A stretch of DNA of 64,000 nt from Candidatus Poribacteria bacterium (GCA_963663765.2 CAXXUA010000004.1:960001-1024000); one strand, 5' to 3'; positions 41,362 through 51,801 are shown, counted from the first letter of the stretch. Notes: generated by a model not told the origin, from the sequence alone. Translations and numbers: made by a program.

Positions 41362-42786
41362 TCACAATGTGTGTGCAGAGAGATTGTTGGCAATGGTGAG
41401 TCGTCTTTGCCTTGTAAATGTTCGGGGACGGGTGTATCCTTCTCCAGTTGGTCCGGCGATTGTCATTGCCAAGAAACCTTCACCTTCCAGACCACAACTG
41501 GCATAAGAGGGTGCATTCACGACGACAACAGAACAGTTCATCGCCTTGTTGTATTGCGTAATACGAGCGGTGTTATTCGTGTGTAGCATCGCGGTGTGTC
41601 CACGTCCACCATCTGCTGCGACAGCACCTTTGACCGCTTCATCAAAATCACGCACACGGACAACTGGTAATATCGGCATAAGATATTCGTTGATAACAAA
41701 GCCATGATCCGCAGGAACTTCCACAACAATAGCGACCGTCTGTGCAGGTGCAGAAATACCAGCAGCGTCCAAGATAGTACTTGCATCTTTACCGATGTAT
41801 TCCTTGTTGGATTCTCCATTCTGTGTGACGACAGCCTCAAGGGCTTCGCGTTGGCTTGCACTGAGGAGATGTCCACCGTTTTGAGTCAATTCACGGATAG
41901 TCTCGTTAGCGACAGATTCGACGACAAATAGAGCCTTTTCGCCAATACAAAGTAGGTTGTTGTCAAAACTTGTTCCTGCAATAACATGCCTTGCGGATTT
42001 TGGAATATCAGCAGTTTCGTCTATGATAGCAGGCGGGTTGCCTGGACCTGCGGCGATAGCCTTCTTACCACTTGACAATGCTGCTTTCACAACACTTGCA
42101 CCGCCAGTTGCTACAAGCATTGCGATGTCGGGATGGTCCATAATTTGTTTTGCTGTACGGAGTGTCGCGTTTGCAACAGAGGTTAGCAAATTCGGTGGTC
42201 CTCCTGCCTTCACAATGCCTTCGTTAATCACATGCATGGTTTCTTCCGTACATTCACGAGCATTCGGATGTGGACTAAATACTACGGCATTGCCAGCAGA
42301 AATCATGATAATCGCATGGTTTATCACTGTTGAAGTTGGATTTGTGGTGGGAGTAATAGAATTTATGAGACCAAACGGTACATATTCAATCAACAACGTG
42401 CCGTCATCTCCGGACATTGACTCCGAGATAAGGTCTTCCATGCCAGGTGACAAGTTGACAGCACCTTCGTTTTTCATCACCTTATGTTCAGCATTCCCCA
42501 TTTTTGTCTCTTGAACTGCCATGTCTGCAAGTCGTTTTGAGTTCTCAAGCGAAACCTGTTTTATTGCCTCAATAAGTTCACGTCTTTTAGCAATTCCAAG
42601 TTTTGTGAGCGCTGCTTGTGCTGTTTTTGCTGCACTAATAGCCTCCTCAACTGTAGAAAAAACACCTGACTGTGAAGAACTTGAACTCTTTGCTGTAGGG
42701 GGTACAGCAACCTTTACATCATTTTGTAGTGTTGTTAAGACTTGCGAAACAATTTGTTCAATCTGTTTCTCATCAATTTGTGCCAT
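41362..42786 (-). CDS. Acylating aldehyde dehydrogenase (EutE/PduP-like) with a BMC encapsulation peptide
   Basis: N-terminal IDEKQIEQIVSQVLTTL plus linker; PTTNPT; ATGGASVV; AGPGNPP; SFDNNLLCIGEK; TIAGPTGEG. Confidence 0.9.
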   Translation of the reverse strand: MAQIDEKQIEQIVSQVLTTLQNDVKVAVPPTAKSSSSSQSGVFSTVEEAISAAKTAQAALTKLGIAKRRELIEAIKQVSLENSKRLADMAVQETKMGNAEHKVMKNEGAVNLSPGMEDLISESMSGDDGTLLIEYVPFGLINSITPTTNPTSTVINHAIIMISAGNAVVFSPHPNARECTEETMHVINEGIVKAGGPPNLLTSVANATLRTAKQIMDHPDIAMLVATGGASVVKAALSSGKKAIAAGPGNPPAIIDETADIPKSARHVIAGTSFDNNLLCIGEKALFVVESVANETIRELTQNGGHLLSASQREALEAVVTQNGESNKEYIGKDASTILDAAGISAPAQTVAIVVEVPADHGFVINEYLMPILPVVRVRDFDEAVKGAVAADGGRGHTAMLHTNNTARITQYNKAMNCSVVVVNAPSYASCGLEGEGFLAMTIAGPTGEGYTRPRTFTRQRRLTIANNLSAHTL

Positions 42787-43018
42787 TCAGCCCTCCAATA
42801 TTTCTATATAGGTATGCGCTGAAACCAAAATATGTTCGTCAGTATAGCATGGTTAACAACCACCGTAACACTGATTCACTTTCGGTCATCTGCATATCAC
42901 CACGGCTCTATTGTTGATATTTTCAATTCTTAAGTGTTGGGATGAATATATATTTATGAATACTTATGTAAATCGGTTAACGCGCTTTCGTAGTAATATG
43001 CATCATGCGCGTTCCCCG

Positions 43019-43044
43019 TTGGCGCGATACTTATATCGCGCCAA
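43019..43044 (-). terminator. Hairpin downstream of the BMC-H gene (possible terminator or stability element)
   Basis: TTGGCGCGATA-CTTA-TATCGCGCCAA perfect 11-bp stem; weak U-tract. Confidence 0.45.
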
Positions 43045-43065
43045 GATCCAACACCGATAAGGGTT

Positions 43066-43371
43066 TTACGCATCTTCATCGTCATCTACGGACGCAGCTT
43101 TGCCAGTAAGAATTGATTCAACATCGGAATGTGGACGTGGAATGACATGTACGGATACCAGTTCACCGACTGCTTTCGCAGCTTCTGCACCAGCATCTGT
43201 AGCGGCTTGCACCGCACCGACATCACCGCGAACCATCACGGTAACGAAACCGCCGCCAACCTGTTCTTTGCCGATTAACTTGACGTTAGCGGCTTTGACC
43301 ATCGTATCCGCAGCTTCAACTGCACCTACCAATCCGCGTGTTTCAACCATTCCTAAAGCTTCATTGCTCAT
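43066..43371 (-). CDS. Bacterial microcompartment hexamer shell protein (PduA/EutM-like)
   Basis: [27 protein letters not shown]...[10 protein letters not shown]...SVHVIPRPH; acidic tail. Confidence 0.96.
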   Translation of the reverse strand: MSNEALGMVETRGLVGAVEAADTMVKAANVKLIGKEQVGGGFVTVMVRGDVGAVQAATDAGAEAAKAVGELVSVHVIPRPHSDVESILTGKAASVDDDEDA

Positions 43372-43758
43372 ATTTTTTGCTCCTTATGTGTCTTATAGAG
43401 TAGAATGCAAGGCACTGCACACTATATATTTGTCGCAGTCCTTACATTTGATAAATGTGTCCTTTTAAATGATACTATAAATGTGATTTTTCTGCAAATC
43501 AAATTTTGCATTAGGGTGTGTAAAGTTTATTATTTATCTGAACCAGGATATTCAGGATAATCAGATTACCCAGCTAAGCGTCTGATGCGTTATTTACTGT
43601 TCTCATGAAACACTTTCCTAAGCAGACCCACATGTTGGTATAATCCTGTATATCTACTAATCCTGAAGAATCCAATTTCAGACAAGAAGAGCTTCACGAC
43701 AAACCCATTCTATGTTTTCAGTGCTTTCAGCATCTATTGATATTCAGACAGACTCAGT

Positions 43759-45057
43759 TTAAAGACTTCGGTACCGCAATTGCCACAACCACCACAGAAT
43801 CGCAGGAATCAACGGCAGCGCAACCATCCCCCACAAAACAACCTGTACACCAAACAGATCCATCATTGCCCCAACAATCGCGGTTGCAACAGCCCCCATC
43901 AATGTAAAAAGTGCAAACTCAGTACCAAAAATCCGACCACGAATCTCATTTGGTGCGCGTTGCAACAGCAGCTGCGTAGAAAAGACCCATGCAATGCCCC
44001 CACCAACACTTCGTACGAACCCACCGAAAACAACGAGCGGTAAACTCAACAGTGGTGCAACAAGCAACAATCCCGCCGATCCAATCAGATACCCGAGACT
44101 AATACTACTTCGAAGCGGTTTGTCACGGTCTCCTGTCCAAATTCTCGCTACTATCGGTCCAATCCCGCTCCCAACCCCACCCATACAATACATCAATCCT
44201 AAACTGATCGCACCATCAATCCCAATAACGAAGTGGGACTTTGCAATTTCAACCTGTGCTACCTGAAACCCAGCAGATAATAACAATGCTATTGCACCTT
44301 TGTGTAACGATATAAATAGAATATCGGGATGACGGACCATATACCCAATGGCAGAGAACTTTGACCATTCTTGTTTAGATGTCTTAGAACCAATAGGATT
44401 CGGTAACTTTATCTGTAGCAGCAAAAACGCAGAAACAAGAAACGTAAATCCATCAATTATAAAGGCAGTATGTGCGCCATAAAGACCTGCGGTAACCCCT
44501 CCTATTGCAGAACCCAAGGCAAGCATCACGGACCAAGTTGTCGCGCTCAATGCATTCGCTGTTCCCAGCTCAATTTGCTCCGTAATATCAGGCAGAATTG
44601 CACTACGCGCAGGACTAAAAAAGCCACTCACCCCAAACAGCAGTCCAACAAGGATATAGAGTAGCAAAATGTCGTTTTCGTCACGGACAAAGAGAAATCC
44701 AAAAACGAGCAGTCCTCTCACAACATCTGTGATGATTAAGAGATGCTTTCTGTTGTACCGATCCGCACAAATACCAGCAATCGGTGCAACGCAGAACGGT
44801 GCAAGCATCCTAATCGTAAACAGCAACCCTAACGCAAAACTCGAATCTGTCAGATTACGTATCAGGATAGCAGACGAAATGATGTTAAACCAATCTCCTA
44901 ATAGACTGACGACCTGTCCCGACCACAACCAACGAAAATTTGAATTCGTTTGAAGTAACTCAAAGTACCCGACTATCCTGTCTCTCTTAGCAGCCCCATC
45001 CTTTGGGTCAAAAGTACTATCAGTCATCTCAGTAGCTGCTTGTTCTTTTTCAGCCAA
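43759..45057 (-). CDS. MFS transporter (DHA3/MFS_3-like)
   Basis: NFRWLWSGQVVSLLGDW; motif A AGICADRYNRK; about 12 TM; APNEIRGRIFG. Confidence 0.9.
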   Translation of the reverse strand: MAEKEQAATEMTDSTFDPKDGAAKRDRIVGYFELLQTNSNFRWLWSGQVVSLLGDWFNIISSAILIRNLTDSSFALGLLFTIRMLAPFCVAPIAGICADRYNRKHLLIITDVVRGLLVFGFLFVRDENDILLLYILVGLLFGVSGFFSPARSAILPDITEQIELGTANALSATTWSVMLALGSAIGGVTAGLYGAHTAFIIDGFTFLVSAFLLLQIKLPNPIGSKTSKQEWSKFSAIGYMVRHPDILFISLHKGAIALLLSAGFQVAQVEIAKSHFVIGIDGAISLGLMYCMGGVGSGIGPIVARIWTGDRDKPLRSSISLGYLIGSAGLLLVAPLLSLPLVVFGGFVRSVGGGIAWVFSTQLLLQRAPNEIRGRIFGTEFALFTLMGAVATAIVGAMMDLFGVQVVLWGMVALPLIPAILWWLWQLRYRSL

Positions 45058-45251
45058 CTCTAACCCCCACCACTATTTGACAGACTTTGTGTTGCTGTTT
45101 ATTTTGATCCCCTCACCAGCAACTCCTGTTAGATATAACATCAATCACCCCTTTCTCGTAGGCATTATAATGACCTAAACTCTATGATATGATACGCACA
45201 TACAAATACCATAGATACGAATTATTAGCCATCTCTCACAGTTGAATTTGT

Positions 45252-45354
45252 TACAACCTATCTCATAAATGGTAGGAGGGGTTTCTAACCCAGATTTACT
45301 CAACACGTGAGCCGGTGAATTTGCAAATAAATCGTATTTATGAGATACGCTGTA
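45252..45354. mobile_element. About 100-bp MITE-like element containing a REP (copy 1)
   Basis: TIR ACAACCTATCTCATAAAT / ATTTATGAGATACGCTGT; an inverted homologue lies at 49417-49517. Confidence 0.7.
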
Positions 45355-45431
45355 GTTATCCTTTTCGTTTAGTGTTGATATGAGATGGCTTATCAATGAT
45401 AAGGAAGCAAATTTGGCAGCTAATGATATAA

Positions 45432-45650
45432 TAACGCAAGTTGCTACCTATAAGGTTTAGACGAATAAACACCGTTTTTTTTAGAGTATAATACACTTTT
45501 CGGTAGTATTTGTAGCACAAACTTTTAGTTTGTGCATCTTTATGACGCAAACTAAAAGTTTGCGCTACAAAATATAGGCTATTTATCAACACTTTTTTGA
45601 TAATAGATGGTGTTTCTATGTCTAATTATTGTAGGTAGCAACTTGGGTTA
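45432..45650. mobile_element. About 218-bp MITE (copy 1)
   Basis: TIR TAACGCAAGTTGCTACCTA / TAGGTAGCAACTTGGGTTA; internal inverted GTAGCACAAAC REP pair; near-identical copy at 52392-52609. Confidence 0.85.
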
Positions 45651-45726
45651 TAATAATAAATCACCGTGAATGATAACAACATATAGTCATCTCTCACGGT
45701 GATTTTATAGAACTGATTCTTTGAAA

Positions 45727-46101
45727 CTAAGGATATTGTATCCCTAATTTACGACACATCTTACGGATTTTATTGATCGCTCCACCCACTTTGCGTCCAT
45801 CACGTGTCACCCCAAAAAGGTGTTGACTAACAACGCGACGAGAAATCCCCAGAATATCACCAATTTCCTCCTGTGTTTTCCCTTCGTAGAAATAAAGTTG
45901 GACACAATCGTTTTGTCGGTCAGTGAGCTCCTTAGAAATGATCTGGTGTATCTGTTTGATGACTTTCTGACGTTTCACTTGACGCGCCTTCGTATACGTA
46001 TTCGGCGCAGACTGATACCACAAGTGGTGTTCCGTAGTCAGTTGATCAAAATACTCGGGTGGCACCGGAATTTCCCAAAAATCCGGATTATACTTAGACA
46101 T
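45727..46101 (-). CDS. Small sigma-70 region-4 HTH protein
   Basis: ELTDRQNDCVQLYFYEGKTQEEIGDILGISRRVVSQHL...GAINKIRK. Confidence 0.8.
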   Translation of the reverse strand: MSKYNPDFWEIPVPPEYFDQLTTEHHLWYQSAPNTYTKARQVKRQKVIKQIHQIISKELTDRQNDCVQLYFYEGKTQEEIGDILGISRRVVSQHLFGVTRDGRKVGGAINKIRKMCRKLGIQYP

Positions 46102-46522
46102 AGATAACGACTCCTCAAAGTGAGGCTTAAGCACCTATGCCATTTCAATTCATTATCTTGAGAATGGACAGAGGTACCATCGCCTACAAAACAAACCGTT
46201 TATATTAGGGGTGGTAAAATTCATAAACAACATAATGGTACCCTCCTTATTAGAATTTATTATTTGGAAAGATGTTAATCAAACATCTGTGTAATATGAT
46301 TACATGCTTTCTACATAAATTAGTATACAAGAAAACATAAAAAATAACAATACTCATTTTAACACAATTCTGGATGCGCTGCATTAATAAACTTGGAAGT
46401 TGGCTCGATGCTGCAAACCCAACATGCTATGAAACATTACACAACCTGCTATTAATTTCAATTTGACTATATAATCCAAATATGCTACTCTAAATAAAAT
46501 TTGGAAATGGAGCTGCATAAGA

Positions 46523-48151
46523 GTGACACACTACACCCAGAACAAGGTAATACGTTCTATATTCATGTTGTCTCTTATTCTAATCTTGTTTTCGGTGAAA
46601 GGACTCACTTCTGAAATTCAGTTTGTTGATGTAACAGAAACAGCAGGGATCAATTTTATACATGCAGGGGGTATAGATCATCGTGTAGTTCCCGCATTGG
46701 TCGGTTCTGGTGTTGCATGGTGTGATTATGATACTAATGGCACACTTGATTTATATATCGTAAACAGTGCTATCGCAAGACCTGAACCCGATACAATTCT
46801 ACCCCAAAACGTGCTGTATCGGAACAATGGCGATGGGACATTTACGGATGTAACTGACAAAACCGGTGTTGGTGATACAAGTTGGGGCATGGGCTGTGCC
46901 TTTGCTGATTATGACAACGACGGTGATCCTGACCTTTATGTTACCAACTACAAGGCAAACATTTTTTATCTAAACAAAGGGGATGGGACATTCAAGAAAT
47001 TCACGTCTGGTGCAGGAGCAATTGGACATACGGGATTTGGATCGGGCATCGCATGGGCGGATTATGATGCTGATGGGTTTCTTGACTTATATGTAGGTAA
47101 TTATATTGAATATAAGAAAGTTCCACAAGGGGATGAAGTATTCTTTCCTTATGATTTCTTCGGACAAGAAAACGTACTTTATTTGAACAAAGGGGATGGT
47201 GGATTTATTGATGTTACAGATGCTGCAAAAGTAAATGGTGGGTTTCATCTAACACTTGGAATCGCTGCTGCTGACTATGACGATGATGGTGATGTAGATA
47301 TTTATCTCGCAAACGATACTGACCAGAACATTCTATATCGCAACGATGGTGAAATTACTTTTACGAATACGAATCAACCGGATGCAAGAAGCAGAACGGG
47401 AGATATCCGCAGTGGAATGGGAATCGCATGGGGAGATTATAATAATGATGGAACTTTAGACTTGTTCGTCACAAATTGGCTTGATGAAAACAACGTACTA
47501 TACCGGAACAACGGAGATGGCACTTTCACAGATGTTTCAGCAAAAAGCGGTGTTTTTGAGTCTGGTCTTGGGAAGACATGTTGGGGTACTGTGTTTTTTG
47601 ATGTAGATAATGATACAGACTTAGACCTATTTTTCGCAGCAGGACATATTGATCCCGCGTCTTGGGAAAGCCATGATCAAACGGATGTTCTGTTACGAAA
47701 CAATGGAGATGGAACTTTCACCGACATATCAGAAGATGTGGGATTGCAACAGCTTGATCCAAAAGGAGTCGGAAGGGGAGTTGGTGCTGGTGATTACGAT
47801 TCCGATGGAGATGTGGACCTAATCATAATCAACAGTGGTGGGAAACCCCGACTGCTTCGCAATGATGGTGGGAACAAACAGAATTGGCTTCACATCCGCA
47901 CTGTCGGTGTTCAGAGCAACCGAGATGGGATTGGGACACAGATAAGAATAATAACTGGAAGTCTACATCAGATTCGGGAAGTAACTGCTGGTAGCAGCTA
48001 CCTATCACAAAACAGTTTGGAGGTAGAATTTGGACTCGGTGATTACAATAAAGTTGATAAGATAATTATGCAATGGCCCAGTGGTATTATACAAACATTG
48101 AATGACATTTCTGTAAATCAAACTATAGTTATAACCGAGAAGACAAAATGA
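46523..48151 (+). CDS. CRTAC1/ASPIC-UnbV family FG-GAP repeat protein
   Basis: Signal peptide; repeated DYDNDGDxDLYV and YRNNGDGTFTDV; SNRDGIGT; SSYLSQNS..FGLG; WPSG. Confidence 0.92.
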   Translation: MTHYTQNKVIRSIFMLSLILILFSVKGLTSEIQFVDVTETAGINFIHAGGIDHRVVPALVGSGVAWCDYDTNGTLDLYIVNSAIARPEPDTILPQNVLYRNNGDGTFTDVTDKTGVGDTSWGMGCAFADYDNDGDPDLYVTNYKANIFYLNKGDGTFKKFTSGAGAIGHTGFGSGIAWADYDADGFLDLYVGNYIEYKKVPQGDEVFFPYDFFGQENVLYLNKGDGGFIDVTDAAKVNGGFHLTLGIAAADYDDDGDVDIYLANDTDQNILYRNDGEITFTNTNQPDARSRTGDIRSGMGIAWGDYNNDGTLDLFVTNWLDENNVLYRNNGDGTFTDVSAKSGVFESGLGKTCWGTVFFDVDNDTDLDLFFAAGHIDPASWESHDQTDVLLRNNGDGTFTDISEDVGLQQLDPKGVGRGVGAGDYDSDGDVDLIIINSGGKPRLLRNDGGNKQNWLHIRTVGVQSNRDGIGTQIRIITGSLHQIREVTAGSSYLSQNSLEVEFGLGDYNKVDKIIMQWPSGIIQTLNDISVNQTIVITEKTK

Positions 48152-48212
48152 GAGATTTTCTCAGGAAACATCTGGTCATAGTTGAAGTTGAATTACCAAT
48201 TGTAACCAGGAA

Positions 48213-48673
48213 TATTCAGTTTTCCTAATTTTTGGATTTTTCTAAAAAGAACCCCGCGGTAGGAGCGACCCGGGGAATGCCTAAATGGCATTCATACCGT
48301 TGATTTCTTGATTTGCCGGTCGCGATTTTCTCACAAAACAAATAAAATGCATAAAACTGAAAAACCCTAAATTGAAAACAAAACATTTGACCAGAGTTAT
48401 TCAGTTTTCCTAATTTTTGGATGTTTCCAAAAAGAACCCCCCGGTAGAAGCGACCTCCCGGTCGCGATTTTCTCACAAAACAAATAAAATGCATAAAACT
48501 GAAAAACCCTAAATTGAAAACAAAACATTTGACCAAGGTTATTCAGTTATCCCAATTTCTGGATGTTCCAAAAAGAACCCCCGGTAGGAGCGACCTCCCG
48601 GTCGCGATTTTCTCACAAAACAAATAAAATGCATAAAACTGAAAAACCCTAAATTGAAAACAAAACATTTGAC
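48213..48673. repeat. Three tandem copies of a 142-bp unit, each containing a REP
   Basis: Units start TATTCAG at 48213, 48398 and 48540; the first is 43 bp longer because of a micro-insertion. Confidence 0.92.
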
Positions 48674-48768
48674 TCATAGAATGAATTAATGTATGATTCA
48701 AATGAAAATGAAGTAAAAGTTGGAAAATTATACACTTCAACTACTAATTTCAACTAATAGGAGGGAAA

Positions 48769-49410
48769 ATGCAACATAAAATATTTTTTATAATGTTATG
48801 TGCTATATTTATCACGGTATTTGCTTTTGATGGTATTCCAGCAAAAGAGATACGAGTATGGGGAGGTAAACAAAATGATTATACCGATACTAACGGAAAT
48901 GTCTGGTACGGTGGGCAGAAAACGAAAGAGGATTGGGGTGGCTGGATCAAAAAGGAACCCCTTACTGCAGAAGTTCGGGAACTTACAGCTGCAGCCAGAA
49001 AACTTGCAATGGATGAGGGCTACGATGAAGAACTCTTCTATGCTGTGAGTTGGGCACAATATCCAGATATAGTTGAGGTTGATCTGAATACAGGTAGAGG
49101 CACTTTTGATGTAACCTATCTCGTTGGGGAACACTGGTCACCTAACAATAGGGGTTTTGATATTATTATTGAAGATAAGATTGTAGAGGCACTCTATATT
49201 ACCCCTGGCGATGATGAAATTGATATAAAACGATATGAAGGCATTCAGGTTAATGACACAGTGATGAGTCTTGTATTTTCTGGTAATCCTGAAGCAGGAG
49301 TGACTGATACAAACGGAATGTTCAGCGGAATAGAAGTTGTTCCTTCCAGATTAGCAGTTGATCCAAAAAAGAAGTTAACAACAACATGGGGCACATTAAA
49401 ATCCCAATAA
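48769..49410 (+). CDS. Secreted malectin-like protein with a C-terminal AVDPKKKLTTTWGTLK tail
   Basis: Signal peptide; GG..YTDTNGNVW; GTFDVTYLVGE..RGFDIIIED; FSGIEV. Confidence 0.7.
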   Translation: MQHKIFFIMLCAIFITVFAFDGIPAKEIRVWGGKQNDYTDTNGNVWYGGQKTKEDWGGWIKKEPLTAEVRELTAAARKLAMDEGYDEELFYAVSWAQYPDIVEVDLNTGRGTFDVTYLVGEHWSPNNRGFDIIIEDKIVEALYITPGDDEIDIKRYEGIQVNDTVMSLVFSGNPEAGVTDTNGMFSGIEVVPSRLAVDPKKKLTTTWGTLKSQ

Positions 49411-49416
49411 AATTAC

Positions 49417-49517
49417 TGCAACGTATCTCATAAATGCAAGATTGGACAATATCACCGGATCGTGTTTCTGGTTAATTGGGGTAGAAAGCCCTCCTACTAT
49501 TTCTGAGATAGGTTGTA
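49417..49517. mobile_element. About 100-bp MITE-like element (copy 2, inverted)
   Basis: Reverse complement aligns over its whole length with 45252-45354. Confidence 0.7.
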
Positions 49518-49523
49518 ACATAA

Positions 49524-50183
49524 ATGGAGGTAAATATGAAATTACTGAGTATTTTGTCAATAATAATGCTTCTATCGGTTGTGATAGCTGTGGATATGCA
49601 ATCTGCTGAAGAATACCGAGTAAGAGGTGGAAAAGCAGACGACTTTACCGACTCACAAGGCCGTGTATGGCGTGGAGCACAACAAGCTGACCAAGCATGG
49701 GGTGGTTGGATTGAAACAGAACCCCTAACCGCTGAAGTTGCAGATCTGACTTCTGATGCGCAAGCACAAGCAGCAGAAGCTGGGTACGATGCTGAGCTGT
49801 TTTATGCGGTCAGTTGGGCGCAGTATCCTAATACTATAAAATACCAGTTAAAAACTGGCAACGGCACTTTTGACGTGACCTATCTCGTTGGGGAACACTG
49901 GTCACCTAATAATAGAGGTTTTGATATTATTATTGAAGATGAAATTGTAGAGGCACTATATGTGACGCCTGGTAATCATGAAATTGATATTAAGAAGTAT
50001 GATACAATTGTTGTCGCTGATGGAACACTTGATTTGGAATTCGCAGGAAATCCAGATGCTGGTACTACAGACACAAATGCAACCTTCAGTGGACTTGAGG
50101 TGATTGAAAGTGTTAGCACTGCTGTAGACCCGAAAGAAAAATTAACAACTACATGGGGGACATTGAAAACCATTCGTCAATAA
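49524..50183 (+). CDS. Secreted malectin-like paralogue with an AVDPKEKLTTTWGTLK tail (start probably MKLL)
   Basis: Highly similar to 48769-49410; shares GTFDVTYLVGEHWSPNNRGFDIIIED. Confidence 0.7.
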   Translation: MEVNMKLLSILSIIMLLSVVIAVDMQSAEEYRVRGGKADDFTDSQGRVWRGAQQADQAWGGWIETEPLTAEVADLTSDAQAQAAEAGYDAELFYAVSWAQYPNTIKYQLKTGNGTFDVTYLVGEHWSPNNRGFDIIIEDEIVEALYVTPGNHEIDIKKYDTIVVADGTLDLEFAGNPDAGTTDTNATFSGLEVIESVSTAVDPKEKLTTTWGTLKTIRQ

Positions 50184-50200
50184 TCAAAGTATGTAACAAT

Positions 50201-50239
50201 AACTAACCGCGGTATGTTTTATACCGCGGTTAGTTTTTT
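50201..50239 (+). terminator. Rho-independent terminator
   Basis: AACTAACCGCGGTAT-GTTTT-ATACCGCGGTTAGTT followed by a T-run, between convergent genes. Confidence 0.85.
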
Positions 50240-50262
50240 GCGATCTATTTGCGAGTAAGGTT

Positions 50263-51054
50263 TCATTCCGGTTTGGGTGTTGTTAAATCACCACTTAATA
50301 TTGTTGGACACCAAAACTTCTCAATATATTCAATAATCAACTGCGTGCCTTCTTCATGACTAACATAAGGTGGCTTAAATGGATTGTACATTGCATCCGT
50401 TAGATCACGCGTCAAAACACAGTTGACTCCCCAACGGACCATCTGCTTTATTGCAAATGAACGACCCAATACACACATATTCGTATGGACACCCATAAAG
50501 ATGATATTTTCTATCCCTCTATGTGAAAGCAAATTGTAGACCTCTTGTCCATTATCACTAATGGTATCAGAATCATCAATATCAATCGCTGGATGTTGAC
50601 GGTGCCATGCTTTGTAACTCTCAGTCTCACCCGTATCCGAACCACCATCAGAAGCATCAACAGGTTGTGGTGGATCAGGGATTTCACGTTCTTTTGGTGG
50701 TTCAGCGTACGGAATTTCAAGCACAGACTTACGCGCAGGATGATATTCATAAAAATCCAGTGTATCAGAAGGTGCGTGGATTATATGCACCCCGCGTTCA
50801 CGCGCACGATGCAACACAATATTCATTCTCGGTGCCATTACATTCACACGTTCAGTCGCACCCCATGACCAGTGTTCATTCCACATATCAACAACAAGAA
50901 TCGCAGTTTCACTCACCTTCCAGTCAACCTCTTTCTCAACAATACGCCACCCATTTCTACCAACTGTCCGTGCATCTTGTGTCCGCACAGAAAGTGTTAC
51001 AGTCTCATCAGAAGGTGTAGCGGAAAAAACGTTCCGTGCTATATCAAAGTTCAT
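50263..51054 (-). CDS. Isochorismatase/nicotinamidase-family cysteine hydrolase
   Basis: ETAILVVDMW; GVHIIHAPS; GVHTNMCV; LTRDLTDAMY. Confidence 0.85.
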   Translation of the reverse strand: MNFDIARNVFSATPSDETVTLSVRTQDARTVGRNGWRIVEKEVDWKVSETAILVVDMWNEHWSWGATERVNVMAPRMNIVLHRARERGVHIIHAPSDTLDFYEYHPARKSVLEIPYAEPPKEREIPDPPQPVDASDGGSDTGETESYKAWHRQHPAIDIDDSDTISDNGQEVYNLLSHRGIENIIFMGVHTNMCVLGRSFAIKQMVRWGVNCVLTRDLTDAMYNPFKPPYVSHEEGTQLIIEYIEKFWCPTILSGDLTTPKPE

Positions 51055-51100
51055 AGATATATTCCTCCAATAAATACAAGTGTAACCAAACCTATTTAAT

Positions 51101-51308
51101 CAGGACTTACGCAATAACGGTAGGCGGTGAATGCCTAAATGGCATTCATACCGTTGATTTGGTGCTTTGTAGGCGGGGAATGCCAAAAGGCATTCATACC
51201 GTTGATTTCTTGATTACTTGATTTGGCGCTGGAAACCTATAAAAAGCTGATAATTACATCATTTTCATCATAATTCTTGATTAAAACAAGAAAACTACGT
51301 AAGTCCTG
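51101..51308. mobile_element. MITE with CAGGACTTACG TIRs (copy A)
   Basis: CAGGACTTACGCA ... CGTAAGTCCTG with TTAAT on both flanks (5-bp TSD); contains a REP carrying two micro-insertions. Confidence 0.8.
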
Positions 51309-51330
51309 TTAATAAAGAAACCTTTAAATA

Positions 51331-51801
51331 TTAGTCTTGTAATCCCTTCCACATTACATAAGCATCCTCACCATCACTATAATATCTCTTACGTACATCG
51401 CAAACTTCAAATCCAAATTGCCGGTAGAGGCACCGTGCTGCGCTATTTTTCACAGCTACCTCAAGATACACCTTCTTTCCTGAGTGCCTCCTGACAACAC
51501 TTAATGCTGAAGCCAATAAATATTTACCAACACCTTGCTGTCTATAATCTGCGGTAACAGCGATATTCATTATATGTGCTTCATCGCGAACAATGTAAAA
51601 CACTACATATCCAACGACTTCATTATTCAAACGTGCAACATAGCAAAAAGTACTCTTTTTAGGAAAACGGAGTTGTCTTTTAAAAAACGATATGTGCCAA
51701 GGTTCAGGAAAGGAAGCATTTTCAATCAGCATCACCTGTTTAAGGTCTTCCTGTCCCATCTGATCAAAAACTATATCTGGAAAAGGTTTCTCAATTATCA
51801 T
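51331..51801 (-). CDS. rimI: Ribosomal protein S18-alanine N-acetyltransferase
   Basis: IENASFPEPW; DEAHIMNIAV; RQQGVG; YLEVAVKN; RKRYYSDGEDAYVM. Confidence 0.9.
   Translation of the reverse strand: MIIEKPFPDIVFDQMGQEDLKQVMLIENASFPEPWHISFFKRQLRFPKKSTFCYVARLNNEVVGYVVFYIVRDEAHIMNIAVTADYRQQGVGKYLLASALSVVRRHSGKKVYLEVAVKNSAARCLYRQFGFEVCDVRKRYYSDGEDAYVMWKGLQD

Noticed and set aside
48225-48740. Two similar minus-strand ORFs (MFCFQFRVFQFYAF...)
   Set aside because: They are by-products of the 142-bp non-coding tandem repeat.
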